DNA of 63,999 bases, counting the filler, from Streblomastix strix (taxonomy: Eukaryota), in assembly GCA_008636045.1 (NCBI GenBank). It is 3 parts of 3 records of this genome, joined end to end, with 100 filler letters (N's around TTAATTAATTAA, not from the genome) between each part and the next. Parts side by side here need not be neighbours in the genome. Positions count along the whole stretch, not along the records: positions 43,691 to 63,999 come from SNRW01000441.1; 2 more parts are not named here. The stretch is one strand, 5' to 3'. The notes under the pieces are model-generated. The model was not told where the DNA came from. It saw only the letters and a program-made list of their open reading frames with translations, and did not search any database. This document shows positions 43,691-58,800 of this stretch, in pieces (position 1 is the first letter of the stretch; each line of letters opens with the position of its first letter). A program made the position numbers and the translations under genes.

Positions 43691-46600
43691 ATTTATTCTC
43701 GAATAGAAATTCTCCTTATTCAGATAATGGATGTTTGTTCTATATAAGATTCATTTCCTCATCATTTTCAGAATTGATTGATATAAAAGTAGAAAGAGTG
43801 ATTATGATTTAAAATGAAAATGAAAGAAATTCAGATATTAATGATAAAAATAAAATGTTAGGATTGATTATAATGAAAGAGAATGCAAAGCTTCTGAGGC
43901 TTGAGAAATGCTTAATATCCAATATCCATATGGAAGAAGGTGGAAGTATAATTTAATCAAATGGAGGATTGAATTCAAAACTTGAGGTAAAAGATTGTAA
44001 CTTCATATAAGAATCAAATGCACCATGGAGTGGTAGTGCAATTCGTCATGTAGCAAATCTTCCAGGATAAGTACTTGATGTAGATGGAGCTATCTTCAAA
44101 GGATTTACTGCTGATTCCTAATATAATTCATAAGGAGGGGCTATTTACATTGATATGACAGCATTTTATGTTGCGCTTCTATTCAGAAGATGCGTATTTG
44201 CTTAGAATTCAGCTTTTAATGGTGGTGCAAATGTCTTCATCGCATATTAAAAGGGATCTTTACGAATTCCATAAAATTCATTCCTGGGATGTTATGCATG
44301 CACATATTCAAGTGTAGATCAAGAGAAAAGTTTCTAATATACAATTGGTAATGATACTGAATTATTTATTGGTGAGAGAGATCATCTTCATTCATCATGG
44401 ATGAGATAATAAAACAATGATGGTGTTTGGTTCATTGGAAATGAAGACAGCAACCACACTTATAATCCTGGTCTGAAATGCGGTACTCCAACAAACCCAT
44501 GTTAGTCTTTTGCTGCAATTTAATCTTATATTAATTAAGAATCAAATACTAAAGCAGAGACAATTCAATTCTGCGAAGGTACATTTAGTTCTCCTTTGAT
44601 AACTGTTCCATTAGCACAAGCAAGTTCATTGAATATCGTTGGATATGGAAGATCAATAACTGAAATTAGTGCATCATCCATTGGTGAGAATGTTCTTATT
44701 TAAGGATAAGTAGGATAAAGTATAGCTGTTGAGAAACTGGATTTGAAGTTGTCATAATCAGCTCCTAATTCTGGATTAGTTAATGTTCAAGGATCAAATG
44801 CAGGACTTATTCTTTCAGAAGTGAGAGTAAGTGGATTATAATATACTGATCCATCTTCATCAACATTGGAACCAAAATACTTATTTCATTCTGCTGGTAT
44901 TGTTTATTTGGAAGATGTGATTATTGAGAATATCTTCTTGAAAACTGGATCGATTATATTGGCTGAATAAGTGAGAAAGATTGATGGAGATCTTGGAACA
45001 GAATGGCTTGGATTGAGATAATCTGGAATATATGGATGTTATTTCAATGAAATCACCACGAATGAAAGCAGAATAATATCAATTCTGGATTCGTCATTAT
45101 AAACTAACTCAATATCAACTTAAAACAATATTTAGGAACTAAATGCACTTCAAAGTAATGCTGAAGTTAAAAGCTTCATTGTATAAGACACGATCTTCTC
45201 AAGTTGTGTTACATCTGTGAATCTTGCAGATACAGAATAGAAAGGAGGTCTTATTCACATATTAAGCAATGGTGTTAAAGTTGATATAATCAGCTCTGAG
45301 TTCAGAAGATGCTAAGTTCTAGGAAGGAATATGGTATATATTGGATGGAATGGAGATGATTCAAGTGTTTCTGCTGTAAAAACAATGATGATATCAGATA
45401 CAATATTTACTGGATGTAGTTCAGTTATTCCTGGAATGAGAGTTGTAGCTAAGAATATTTTAGGGAAGACTTCATATTATGTGATGTATGGATCAAATTC
45501 AAATGAAAATGAAAATGAAATCAACTCTGTTGATAATGAACTCTATGCTGATGGGAAACCTACTTATGATGAAATCTACAAACATGGGCTCGTATATCTC
45601 GAGAGTTTGATTAAAGGAGATAAATCAGGAGTCAGCAGCACATAATACGATATTTATGGTGTGTTTTCTGCTGGATGTCATAGTGCAGTTGGATCGGGTA
45701 TAACTTCCTTAAAAGTGACGCTTTAAATTACTGAATCAGTATTTATAACACCAATGTGCTATAGTAATATTATTTACTTAAATCAAACAAGAGGTTATAT
45801 TGATTCAAGCTTCTTCAAAGGAAGAAATACAACTTATCATGATCCTGCATTACTGACTGATTCTGGAGATATAGTTGATGATACCTGGGCATTATGCCCA
45901 GGTAAACCAGAATATTACTCATCTACAACTCATGGATTGGTATATGTAACTAATGGACAGTATGAAATTGATGATGGATAATTTGAATAGTCATAAGTTG
46001 GAGCTTTGAAAGTGGATACTGCAAATGTAATTCTAAGCTAATCAAGTTTTGTTGAGCCAAAAGTTGTAGAAGAGTCATTGTTTGATGGAGGAAAATATCT
46101 AATTGTATGTGTTGGTAAATCTCGTCTTGAGATCACAGATGCAGTTATTAATGGTTTCAGTGAAGACAACTGTTCATTAGGATTAAATTAGAATTATGAA
46201 TAATGGGGATTATTTGAGAACGATGCTTCATAGTGCACATTTAATATCCTGAAAGATGGCGAATGTCAGGTTAAAGTCTCAAGCAGATGGGACATCCCAG
46301 CAATTCCTGCTGTCAGATTGGAGAAAGCACAACTGTTTGTGAATCTGACGGATGAAGAAGAACCGCTTCAGTTTGAAATTGAGGGGAAGAACTTTATTCC
46401 TTTGACGTTTACAGTGATGATTGATATACTACGTTTGAAGACTCAGAAAGAAATCCACGATGAGGTTGAGAAAAACAAAGAAGAAAAGACGAAATATGGT
46501 TAAGTTAATACATAGATTGATCTAATGTAAATAAATTAACATACAAACTTTAGAAAAAGAAATGAAGAGTCGCATAAAAATGAAACAAATCAAGACAATA

Positions 46601-48876
46601 ATCCCTAACCATTACTCCCCTATGAAATAACCAATGAAGTTGACTACCCACGAGATAAGCATGGCCGCATTATTTGGCCTCCAGAAGGTGCAACAGAAGT
46701 TCCCTTCTTAGTTCTGGGATCAGTTCAGGGTATTCGAAGAGCTGCTTTCTCGATGAAAGACTATTCATGGTTGAATGCCAGAGATTTCTTCTACGGAGTT
46801 CTTGCATCAAATGATGGGAAAAGATTCACTGGGGAAAATGGAGAGGAAGGAAAACCGATTGTTTTGGATGTTGAGGTGAAATATGGAGAATAATTCATTA
46901 ATCTGATCGAAGTATTTCCATCAAAGACTTGGTTATATCTCACAATTGTTGGTGTTATTCTTTTTGTTCTTCTAATAGTGATCATCATACTGATAATCCT
47001 GTTCCTTAGATGGGCAGAGATCAAGAAAGCAATTCTAAGAAGAGGTCAGATCCAGAAAGTTGGAAATTAGGATAAAGAGATAAATGAGCAAATCGCTGAA
47101 ATTGAAGAAGAAGAGAGAAAAAAATAAGAAGCTAAAAAACAGAAGAAGCTCGAAAAGAAACTGACCCAATAGAAGAAACATTACGAACTTCTAACCCCTT
47201 ATGAAGAAGAACAAACTACCGATCGTCTTATTGGTGCCAATGAGAATCAATCCATGACAGAGTTTGTGAAAGAACATCCATCAATGGTTGGATTTGAGAG
47301 GAATTCTCCAGGTATTCAAGCATATGCACAAGATCTGAATTCATAGTTGAATAATATGGAGTAGTAAGAAGGCATAAGTCCAACAGGTTCATAGAACAGC
47401 AGAAAAGCCAAAAAAGAAATGATCCAATATCCCAAACAAGAAAAGGGCACTCTGAATCAACAGATCACCGATTTCTTCGCTGTACAAAAACCCACAACAA
47501 TCGACTTCTCAGCGATGCCAGCGAACGACCCACAGCTTCGTGGGATCAACTGGGGAGCGAGTGGAATTCCAGCCACGGTTGGTCTTGGGTAACAGGGGTA
47601 TGAAAAGACACCACAGCAGCTGCTGCAGCTTCAGAAGAGGCAGGAACAACTTCTGAGTAAGTCTGCTACATAATACAAAGTGCCACATGAGAGGAAGAGG
47701 TCAGTTGTGTAATAAGGGATGCCATCTAATTTGCCATCAGCGAAGAAAAGCTAATCATCAACATCTACACTTACTGTTCCATATAATTCACCAATGTAAC
47801 CAACAAATATGGTTTCACCTTCTATTAAGCAGAATTATCCAATAAGTCCTTAGAAACCTAATAATGGGCATTCTTCAACACAAGGTAAGCCTTTGTCTAG
47901 ATAGAACAGTTAAGGAAGTTAAGGAAGTCACCATCATTAATCTTTGTTGAGATCTAATAGCAAAGGAAGTCTAAGTAGTCATGGAAGTCATGGAAGTAAT
48001 CATCATAAGCCTTTATCTAGGTAGAATAGCTTGGGAAGTTAAGAAAGCCATCATCATTTACCATAAAGTCCAAATTAATAAAAATTAAGTGGATCTAATT
48101 CGCATGGATAACTTCCACCAAGAATTCCATTGTCGAGGTCGAATAGTAAAGGAAGTTTAAGTAGTTAAGGAAGTCATGGAAATCATCATCATATATCTGG
48201 ATAGAACAGTTAAGGAAATCATCATCATATATCTGGATAGAACAGTTAAGGAAATCATCATCATTTATCAAGGTAGAATAGCTTAGGAAGCTAAAGCAGC
48301 TAAGGAAGCCATCACCATAGCATGTCTCGATAGAGTAGCTAAGGTAATATTCATCACCATCGATCATAAAGTCATGATATGCAGAGATTGAGTTAGTCAG
48401 GTTCACATGGATAACTTCCACCAAGGGCGCCATCATAACCAGGAAGATTATCAACAGATGCTCTGCTTGTAAGTCCACCTTTGCCAAGTTAGAGCAGTTA
48501 AGGAAGTCTTCATAATCCTCTTTCTAGGTAAAATAGTTAAGGAAGCTAAGGAAGTTAAGGAATTCATCATCATTAATCTTTGTCTAGGTAAAATAGTTAA
48601 GGAAGTTAAGGAATTCATCATCATCATATATCAGGATAAAGCACATAAGGAAGTTAAGGAAGTCTTCATAATCCTCTTTCTAGGTAAAATAGTTAAGGAA
48701 GTTAGGGAAGCCATCATCATCATATCTCTGGATAGAACAGTTAAGGAATTCTTCATCAGAGATAATATAGATCTGATAAATAAGGATTGAGTGGATCAAG
48801 TTTCTCAGGGTAATAGCCATCGAAAAGTTCTTCAACACCCAATTAATATCCTGCGCCTGGTAGCAACAAAGTTTGA
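43691..48876 (+). CDS. Large type I membrane protein, GGAI/beta-helix (pectin-lyase-like) ectodomain, single TM, long S/Q/H-rich cytoplasmic tail; 5'-partial
   Basis: ~5-kb ORF under table 6 with GGAIYIDM…FRRCVFAQNSA, CGTPTNPC, TM WLYLTIVGVILFVLLIVIIILIILFL (~46930-47005) and stop TGA 48874-48876. Paralogous to the C-terminal half of 49872-59166. Confidence 0.85.
47885..48745 (+). repeat. Coding repeats LSRQNSQGSQGSHHHQ in the cytoplasmic tail
   Basis: Recurrent TCTAGGTAAAATAGTTAAGGAAGTTAAGGAA…CATCATCAT units, including a near-exact duplication (~48496-48545 versus ~48652-48700). Confidence 0.85.
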
Positions 48877-48914
48877 ATTACCTGTTGGTAAAAATCCACA
48901 TGATAATTTATTTG

Positions 48915-48985
48915 ATTCTTTTTTTATAATTGTTAAATTCTTTTTTTATAATTGTTAAATTCTTTTTTTATAATTGTTAAATTCT
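48915..48985. repeat. ~22-bp tandem repeat (TTCTTTTTTTATAATTGTTAAA) x3 in the 3' UTR/intergenic region
   Basis: Directly visible. Confidence 0.8.
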
Positions 48986-49871
48986 AGATTTTTATTTATT
49001 TATATCTTTTTTTATAATCAATTTTCATTGTTATTTATTTATTACTTTTATATTCTATATAAGCATTCTTTTTTATAATCTTATTTGTATTTATTTTCAT
49101 ATATAGAATAAATAAGTCACCTAAACACCATTTTCATATAATATTTTACTTTTAAATAAATCTTGTGGTTAAAAAAAATTCTATAAATTGTTTTTCTTAT
49201 TCCAAATGGTTTAATTTTTAATAAAATTTAAGAATTTGAAGATGTATTATGATGCAAATAATTTAATATAAAATTTAAATATAATTACAAATTTGTTAAT
49301 TCTTGGAAAAAAGCAAAATTTATTCATCATTATTTCTACAATTGTTTGATTAATATATTGGCATTTTTGAAGATTAAATGTTTTTTCCATAATGAAATTA
49401 TTATAATTTTATATTTAAATAGTATTATAATTAGGTATCCGACGATAAAAATAAAATGAATTATTTTTTAACGTTTTTCCAAAATTAGTCAATATTAATA
49501 AGAAATATTATTAATTGCGAAAATAAAATACTTATTATAATGTATTTATTTGATTAAAAGATTGAATAAACTTATATTAATTTTTTTAAATCGAATTTTC
49601 TTTAAATCGCAATTTTCCTTTAAATAAAATTTATTTACTAAATTTTAATTATTATAAATCGATATATTAAAATTAATTAATACTATTTATTTATTATTTT
49701 CTCAAATTATATTTAGATTTAGCCATGAACAGCGTTACAATTTTTTATTTGTCGCTAATCGAATATTGCTTGAATGGAGTAGCAACTTGTATAAATCTAT
49801 TTGCAGCTATAATAATGAATATAAAAATAAAATTATTTGAATTTCTCACATATCAATTCAAGGTTAATAGC

Positions 49872-52800
49872 ATGCAAATAAGATAACCAAGAAAGTCATA
49901 AACTGATTAAAGTAAATTCTCAATCATTATTTTCTTAATATTGGCCTACTCATCATTTCATTGTTTATTTGATGTGCATGGATTGGATTATTATGTCAGA
50001 GAATCTGGTGATGATACATGAACATGCTCTTCATCAAGTCCATGCAAAACTCTAAATGCAAACACAATAATGAATAATCTTAATACAGCTAGTGCTTACA
50101 ATGTCTACATATATGATAAAACTTCTCTTCCTATTATCCTCACAATTACATAAACAGCATCAGCCAGAAGATTTACTAAGAATTCTACAAGTCTCTCAAC
50201 AGTAAGCGACATATTAATAGATAATGATATATACTTCAATGTTTCTGGATAAGTGTTATTCTTGATGATTAACTTTATAATTCCAAATGGAGGTTCATTA
50301 AATAGTTATTCGATTATAGGAACAGCTTCTAATACAATTGTTACACTTACTGATTGTTAAATGCATATTGAAGACATAGATTCATAAATACAGTCGATGC
50401 TTGTTAAATAAGATTATGGAAGACTTACAGTTTCAAATCTAAGTGTGAGTGATATTGAATCAGATACCAATATTATATATATAAATTAATATACCGGAGT
50501 TGTAAGTATATCCAACAGCTACTTTGAAAATATCACCAGAACAGGGAACGGATTAAATTAAGGAGTGATTCAAGCATTTATATCAAGTAGCACAGGCATT
50601 TTGGAGATAATAAATACAAATTTCATTGATTGCAAAGGAGATATACCAAGTCATTCTTAAGGAGGTGCATTAAACCTAGCTGTAAGCGGCAACAGATAAA
50701 TATCAATTTAGAAATGTAAATTCTAATCATGCTTAGCCTTTGATGGCGCAGGAATTTGCGCAGTTATATCAACTGGTGGGTAACTGACTGTTGATGGTGA
50801 ATGTTAGTTCATAGATTGTTAAGGTTACGGATTTGGATCCGGTTTGTATGCTACTGTTTAATCAACTAATAGTCTACTGATATTAAATGATGGATTATCA
50901 TTTGAAAGATGCATTTGCGAGAGATAAGGTGGAGGTTTATATATAAGCAGCACATATTAAGGTGCAGCATAGGTGAATAAAGTATCATTTGATAGCTGTA
51001 AATCGCCTGAAGGAGGAGGAATTGACTTATATTCTTCATATAACACAATCAAACAGAGTTTCATAGGGACATAATTCATAAGTTGCAACGCCTCTAAGAA
51101 TGGTGGAGGTATTTATGCTATAATTAATGGAGATAATAGTGCTATTGAATTGTCAGGTGTAACTTTCTAAAGTTGTGAATCAATTTTGAGCGGTGGTGGC
51201 CTGCTAATATAAACAAAAGGATCAGTTACATTTACAGTAAATGAATTATTATAGTTCATAGATTGCTAATCTATTGATGGAGCTGGATTTTACTTATCAG
51301 CTGGTGAATGCATCATCTAATTTGTTACAACAGATCAAATTCTATTTGATAACTGTGTTGCTTCATCTTGAGGAGGTGCTATATTTTGTGATGCTCAAAA
51401 CAATTCACAGATTTTAATTACAAAGATGAAGATAAACAAATGTTTTGCATAGAATGGAGCTGGAATGTATTCGTTAATCAGAAATATTAGCAATATTGAG
51501 TTGGATTAATAATGTTAATTCTATCAATGCGATAGTGTTGGCAATGCTGGAGGAATTTATATGGATTTGAACTTTGCAACATTGTGCTCATTTGTAATCA
51601 AGGATGCACTTATATAAGAATGCAAAGCAATAAACAATACTTCATTATCATCTGCTTCACTTTCTGGTTACGGTGGAGGAATCTTTATTTCTGGATAAGG
51701 AGATTACACCCCAGATTCAAATGGACTTGATTTTAAAGGTTTGAAGATATTAGATAATGAAGCTGATAATGCAGGGCAAAGTATGTATGTTGTGATGAAT
51801 AAGGTTAAAGAATGGTGCAGACAAGGTATAAAAGGGGAATATGCTAAAGGAAATTACAGTGAAGAAGATTCAGATGAAAGAGATTTGGAAGGTTTCCCAC
51901 AAAACATCAACCAATTCAACTAAATACCTCAGGCTCAGATACTTAGACGATAAAGACCATTAGAATGTTATTGGTTTATGACTTATGGTGGGATCTGGCA
52001 TGTTCTTCAAAGCCCTTTACAATCAAGAGAGGATATATAATTTTGTGGAGAATTTGATGAACCTTGTAAGACAATTTAGTTTGCATTAATTCAGATATCA
52101 TTAAGAAAAGGAGGATCAGAAACTGCATTTGTGGATGAGAAAAAGATTGGAATTAGTGAAGGTGGATTTGATTTATTACTTCCAGTTAAATTCAGTCCTG
52201 ATATTAGTTATACTGATAATGTTAAGATAATGAAATAATTATATGGAACTTCACAATTAATGACTGGATTGGGATAATTGTAGATTTTGAAGGAGGAAGA
52301 TGACAGTAAAGAGATTTCTGAATAAGGATGGTTATAAACTTCTGGAGGAATCAGACTTTCTTTATATGAGATAAATATTAAATCTGATCAATCTTTATTG
52401 AAAATACCACTAATATTCATTGAAGGATAAAGCTCTTCACTTGAATTTCAATAAATAACTATTTCAGAGTTTGATTTTTCTCCTTAAACATCTGCATAAG
52501 GATTAATTCATATGATAACTGATGATTCATAAATGTTTATATCTCAATGTATATTCTCTGATATCGAAATAATTGGAATTGGCGGAAATTTATTTAGATT
52601 TGAAAGTAATACTTAACCAACACTTTCCTCAGTAATAGCAACAATAACTGAATGCTAATTCACAGATATTAATACATAAGGTGATAATGAATAACGAGGT
52701 GGATCTGCAATTTATGCTGAAATAGGTGACTAAGGTTAATTATCTATAATCGGACCATCCGAATTTATTAATTGCGTTTGTAATGGAGGAAATGCTGGAG

Positions 52801-55800
52801 CTATATTTGCCTAATTAGACTCAACTGGATTATTAATTATTGATGGAAGCGTTCTATTCAAAGAATGTAATACAATAATTAATTCTGAAAAAGGAGGTCG
52901 GGGAGGATCTTTATATCTCGATTTCACTGAAGAATCAACATATAACTTTACTATTGGATATTAAGTTTCATTTATAGATAATAAAGCTGACTTATTTGGA
53001 CGAGATATATTCATATATTGCTGGAATTTAGTAACATTGGATTTTTTTCATCACATCCTCTTCGATGTTTCAAATCCTTACAATCAAATAAACGCTTTGT
53101 ATGGAACCGAATATGAACCAATATCTGACACACATACCAAACAATTGATTGATTATAATCTTCTTTCATTATACGATCCATACTTCAGCGATACGATATT
53201 ACTCTCAACTTCATAGTTAGGAAGAGATTCTTTGACTTGTGGGAGAATTAATGATCCATGTTATTCATTTACATATTCATAAACTAAATTAGAAACTCCT
53301 GAATGGATTTCGTCTACTGTACCAATTGAAAGTGAAAGTTTCAATAAAGTTGTTCATAAATTCATTGCAATATAATAAATGGTAATAAATGAATAGTTCT
53401 AAACAGAATCAGATGTTGTTACTATAAGAGGAGCATTTTCACATGAGATTGATGAAGGAATTAACAGAGCAAAAGTTATATTCAGAAATAATGGGTAGAT
53501 TATCTGTTCTGATCTAGCTCAATGGTAAATAAGTAATGAATCTGAAAATAAAGGAGTGAATTAATAACTAACACTTCAATACCTCAATTTCATTATTCCA
53601 GAGATTCATGAAGGAAAAAGCATTATTAAATTGATTGGAAGTGAAGAAAACAAGAAATTAGGGAGAAATATTGAATTGAAGATTGATGATTGTTTAATAA
53701 GTATGGATGATTCCACATTATCAGCCGTTTCAACTTATTTCTTAGAAGCAAATCCATTTATGACAAATAGAATTCATATTTCTTTGATAAATACAAAAGC
53801 TGAGTCTATTTCATTAATTGGTAAAGCATTGATTGATATTAAATATGAATCAGAGATTATTTTATTTGAGAATTCACTTACGATTGAAAAATGTTTGTTT
53901 AAAGACATATAAAGTACATTTTCTTCATCTTCACTTCAAGAAATAACAGTTGATTCGCTTATCTCTATTCCATTAACTGTTGCATCAGTAATTAATATCC
54001 ATGGATCAAGTGCAATTATTCTTCCAATTTATATTTCCGATTCATCATTTGAGAATTGTTCTTGTGTTTTAATTGTTGATTCTTTAGAGAAAAGGCATAT
54101 TTGTGTTGGTGGTGCATTAATATTCAGTGGAAGAAACTTACATCTTACTTTTGAACACATAATTTTCAAGGATTGTTCTGGAAGCATTGAATATTTACCA
54201 TCGTCATCTTTATAATCTAATTTTGAATAAAAATATACAATCAATTCAAAAGTTGCAAAATCTTCACTTCATACAAATAATTCTTCATTATCTCAAACTT
54301 AGTAATAATAACATTCTACTTCTTCATCATTTAATTCAGATAAGAAACCAAAAAATTAATTAGAAATTGGAGGATCTGTTTTCATTGGATTAATATACAA
54401 CAGTGTAGAATAAATATTTATACAGAAGAGAAGGATAGCAGAATATCTGAGAGAGTAAGGAGATATAACTGAAGATATTTTTCGTATAATTGATCCACTT
54501 TCTAAACCATAAGTTATATTTGATATTTGCATATTTAGAGACTGCAAAACAATAATATCTGGGTCAAATGTTGAGATTAATGTGCTTGAATCTGGAGGGG
54601 TAATATTTCATACTGAAAAATCAGCAGCAAGATTAAATTTACACTCAAGCATATTCTAAGGATGTTCAACTTCAACATCATCTTCACTTTCAACAAATAT
54701 TGCTCCTTCTGATCAAATATTGGCTGAATAAATGAAATTTGAGCCACTTTTGGAAAGAGAAATAAGGATTGGAACAGATGGAAGTGGATTGATTATTGTA
54801 TATAGAGGATCAGCACCAAATATAAATGCAGATGGAATTCAATTTAAAGACTGTGATGCAATTTTGATGGATATTTATTCATCTAATCCAATTAGACGAA
54901 GAGTAAATTATCCAAATAATAAATAATAATAATAACTAAAACATTAAATTAATAATAGAAATAAATTGTAAGTAAAAAATAATAAATTAAAACATTATCC
55001 ACAATTTCTATCTTCATCTCTACCTTCACTCGACATTTCACATCTTTTTTATCAATTAAACAAAGTCAATAGAAATTACTTAACAATTCAACTTCATTCT
55101 GGTCGGTTCACATCATAAACAATCAAGTTATAAGGTTTATTAAGTTTAAATAAATATTTATAATTTGAATTATAAATTAATTTATTTAATAATTATTTTA
55201 TGAACATTATTATATTACCAAGGAGGGTAAAAACTTACTCTTAAAGGAGAAGGAGAGAATTTCACACAGATATTATAGAAAGATTCAATGCATTCTCTTA
55301 TTGTCATCAAAGACAGCTAATTATATACCTCAAATATAACAACTGAATTGAATAATGCTGTTGTTGCATTAATTCGAGCTGAAGGAAATGGAATGAGTGT
55401 TATTACTGGATTAAGAGTTAGTGGAAGTAATTAAATAAGTTCCACTGGATCTGTATTTGAAATGATTAGTGGAGAATTAAATCTTATTGATATTTAAATT
55501 AGAGATATAATAATGATAAGAAATCTTTATGAAAAAAATATGAATAATGAAATGAAGAAATAGTTAAATGGATTGATTGTTATGAAAGAAAGTGCAAAGC
55601 TACTTTTAATTGATAAATTCTCAATTGCAAATATGAGCTTTGAAGAATTTATTGGTAATGAAATTCATAATATGGTTCTAATGAATTCAGGTAAGAATGC
55701 AAGAATGATTGTAAGAAATGGAATATTCCTGTAAGATTCTTATCCAACTGATGGAAGTGCAATTAGAATTGAACCTTTAACAGAAGATTAGAAAGTTGAA

Positions 55801-58800
55801 GTTGAAGGAGTGTTATTCAAAGGATTAACTGCTGATCTATTGCTTGATAATAAAGGAGGAGCAGTGTATATAGATATGAGAAATTATGATGTAGAAATTT
55901 CCTTCAAAAGGTGCATATTTGTTGGAAACACTGCTGATTATGGATCTAACATATTCGTCGCTTATGCAAATCCATCACAACGAATTGAAAGAAATTCATT
56001 TATTGGATGCACAGCTGTTGTAGGGAATAGTCATGAGTCAGATATTAGTGTTTGTTATTCAGTTGGAGATAATGATAATGAAATATTTATTGATGAGCGA
56101 GATTTGATTCATAGTTCATGGAATCGATAGAAAAGTGAAGGAATTGTAAGATTCATTTCAAATTCTGAAGTTGATCATCCTTTTAATCCAAACATTGAAA
56201 GTGGATCCATTACAAATCCTTGTGATTCATACACTTCACTTATAAGTTATTTAGCATTAGAACCAGATAGTATTGATGGATCAACTGGAAGAGCCGAAAT
56301 AATCATATTCGGAGAAGGATAATTCATTTCACCTTTCATTGATCTTATTCAAGCACGTTCATCAATAGTTAATATTGTTGGATGTGGAAAAGAAACAACA
56401 TAAATAATTGCTTCATAGATTATTACATAGAGTTTTCTTATTTAAGGAGGAGATGGGCAAAGTTTAGTAATTGAAAGATTGAGCTTTTAATTATCAGCTG
56501 ATTCTCCTTCAATTGGATTTGTTGATATTAATGGAGCAGATACTGGACTTGTAATATAAGAAGTAACTGTAAAAGGATATTCAGGATCTACTCCACAAAA
56601 CACAATATTGAATCCTTCTTCTCTATTCAAAATTGAAGGATTTGCATACATGAGAGATGTGATTATAGAAAATGTTCATCTTCAAACAGGATAAATATTA
56701 CTTGTAGATGGAATGAAAAGATTAAATGATTAATAAGAGATGGAATAGTTGGGAAATAAATAACCAGGATTTTATGGATGCATATTTGACGATATCACAT
56801 CTAATGATACATCTCTAATATAATTTATTGAAACTTCAATTTAAACATCATCAACAAAGAATTTAAAATCTATATTCATTTCTAATGAAGATCATTCAAC
56901 AAAATTCATTATTGATGATATAATATTCTCAAAATGTAAAATTTCATTGGACATCAAAACTACTGAATCAAATGGTGGATTAATTGATGCTATAACTAAG
57001 TATGTTGAGATTTAAATTTTAAATAGTGAATTCAGGAATATAGAAATGCATTCAAGGAATATGATATATATTGGATGGAATGAAGAATAAATAGGAATTG
57101 ATTATAAGATTATGAATATTGCAGATACACTCTTTACTAATTGTTTTGCTATTATTCCAGGAATGGAAGTTTAATAATAAGTTCAAGAACCAATATCTTC
57201 TTCAAATGAACTTTATTCTGATGGAGATACTATTTATGATATTGTTGATAATCATGGATTAATTTATACTGAAAAGATTAATATAGGAATTGATATTGAA
57301 ATTCGCTCAGGGTTGATTGATATATCTAATATGTTTGTTGCTGGGTGTCATAGTGCAGTTGGATCATCACTTTCAGTGACAGGATTAACATTCAAATTAC
57401 AAGAATCTGTGTTTATTCAACCAATGTGCTTCAGCAATATCATTTATCTAAATTAGTCGCATGCTTCAATTATTGATTGTTATTTCAAAGGATATAATGG
57501 TACAATTTCCAATCCTTATTTACTTAAATAAACTGAATAATAACAAAATGATAATTATAATCTCTGTCCAAATAATCCATAATTCTATTCCACAATATCG
57601 TTTGCTCTTATTTATGGATTGAATGGTAAATATGAATTTGAGAATGATGTGTTTGAATATACAAGAATGGATGCAATCAAAATTGAAAACTCAAAAGCAA
57701 CAGTAAAAAATGTCACATTTAACAATCCTACACCTGAAGATGAATCTGATGAATCCGAATTCATGATTATCTGCATTGGTGATTCAGAGATTCAGATAAT
57801 TGATCCAAATGTTGACAATTAAACTTATGAAGATTGTATAGCTTCAGGACATACTGAAAATGAATGTAAATTCAAAGTCATTTATGATAATTAATGCTAA
57901 ATAGAAATGTCTGATGGTTGGACAATTTCTGAACTTCCAATTCCTTTTTTGAGTAAAGCTGTTGTTGTAGTGAATACATCAAATAAAGAATCCATTAAAT
58001 TCAGTCTTGAAGGGGATTAGATGATTCAAGAATTTTTCACAGTCAAGATAATTTAATTAAGAGACAAAACCGAAGAAGAAATAAAATAAGAATAAGAAGA
58101 TAATAAAGAGCTTTGGGAAAAATATCATCCTTAGTAAATAAACTCTTAATCTCATTCTATATCAAAAAATGAAGAAGAATTGCCTCGTGATGAAGATGGA
58201 TTTATCATTTGGCCAGTTGAAGGGCATACTTAAGTGCCTTTTACAGTCAATGCTGATATTTAATAAAGGAATAAAGCTACATTCATTATGAAAGACTATT
58301 CTTGGTTGGATAGTAGGAAAAGTTGGTATGGAGTTCTTATTTCGAATGATGGAACAATTTTCAGTGGTAAATAAGGATTAGAAAGTGAACCAGTTTAACT
58401 TGAAATAATTGTTGAAGAAGGAGAATAATTCTTGAATTTTGAGAAGATTGTAGAATAAGATATATCTGAAATAGGTGATGAAAGTTAATAAGAAGAATTA
58501 ATTCCATAAATTTAGGGGAAAAATCGATTTCCATTATGGGCAATACTTCTGATTGTGCTTATTCCTATTATAATAACAATCATTATCATTATCATTTGCT
58601 GTTGCTGTTTTTACTATAAGAAGAAAAAGGTAATCAATGAACAGAGAAATACATTTATAGAGAGAAAGGATGAAGAGAAATATGTTACTCCCTTAGATAG
58701 AGTAATATAATAAGGGAGAGAAAGTGTATATTAAATCCCTTCAACATAAGCATCATCATCTTCCAATACAATGACACCTCCTACAACCAATCCAAATATT

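Noticed and set aside
47885..48745. Regularly spaced repeats resembling a CRISPR array (also 25185-25345, 6881-6990)
   Set aside because: Repeats are in-frame coding or intronic tandem units without unique spacers; eukaryotic context and no cas genes.
50019..51371. In-frame TGA as selenocysteine
   Set aside because: Positions are not redox Cys sites, the proteins are not selenoprotein families, and I saw no SECIS-like hairpin (not computed).
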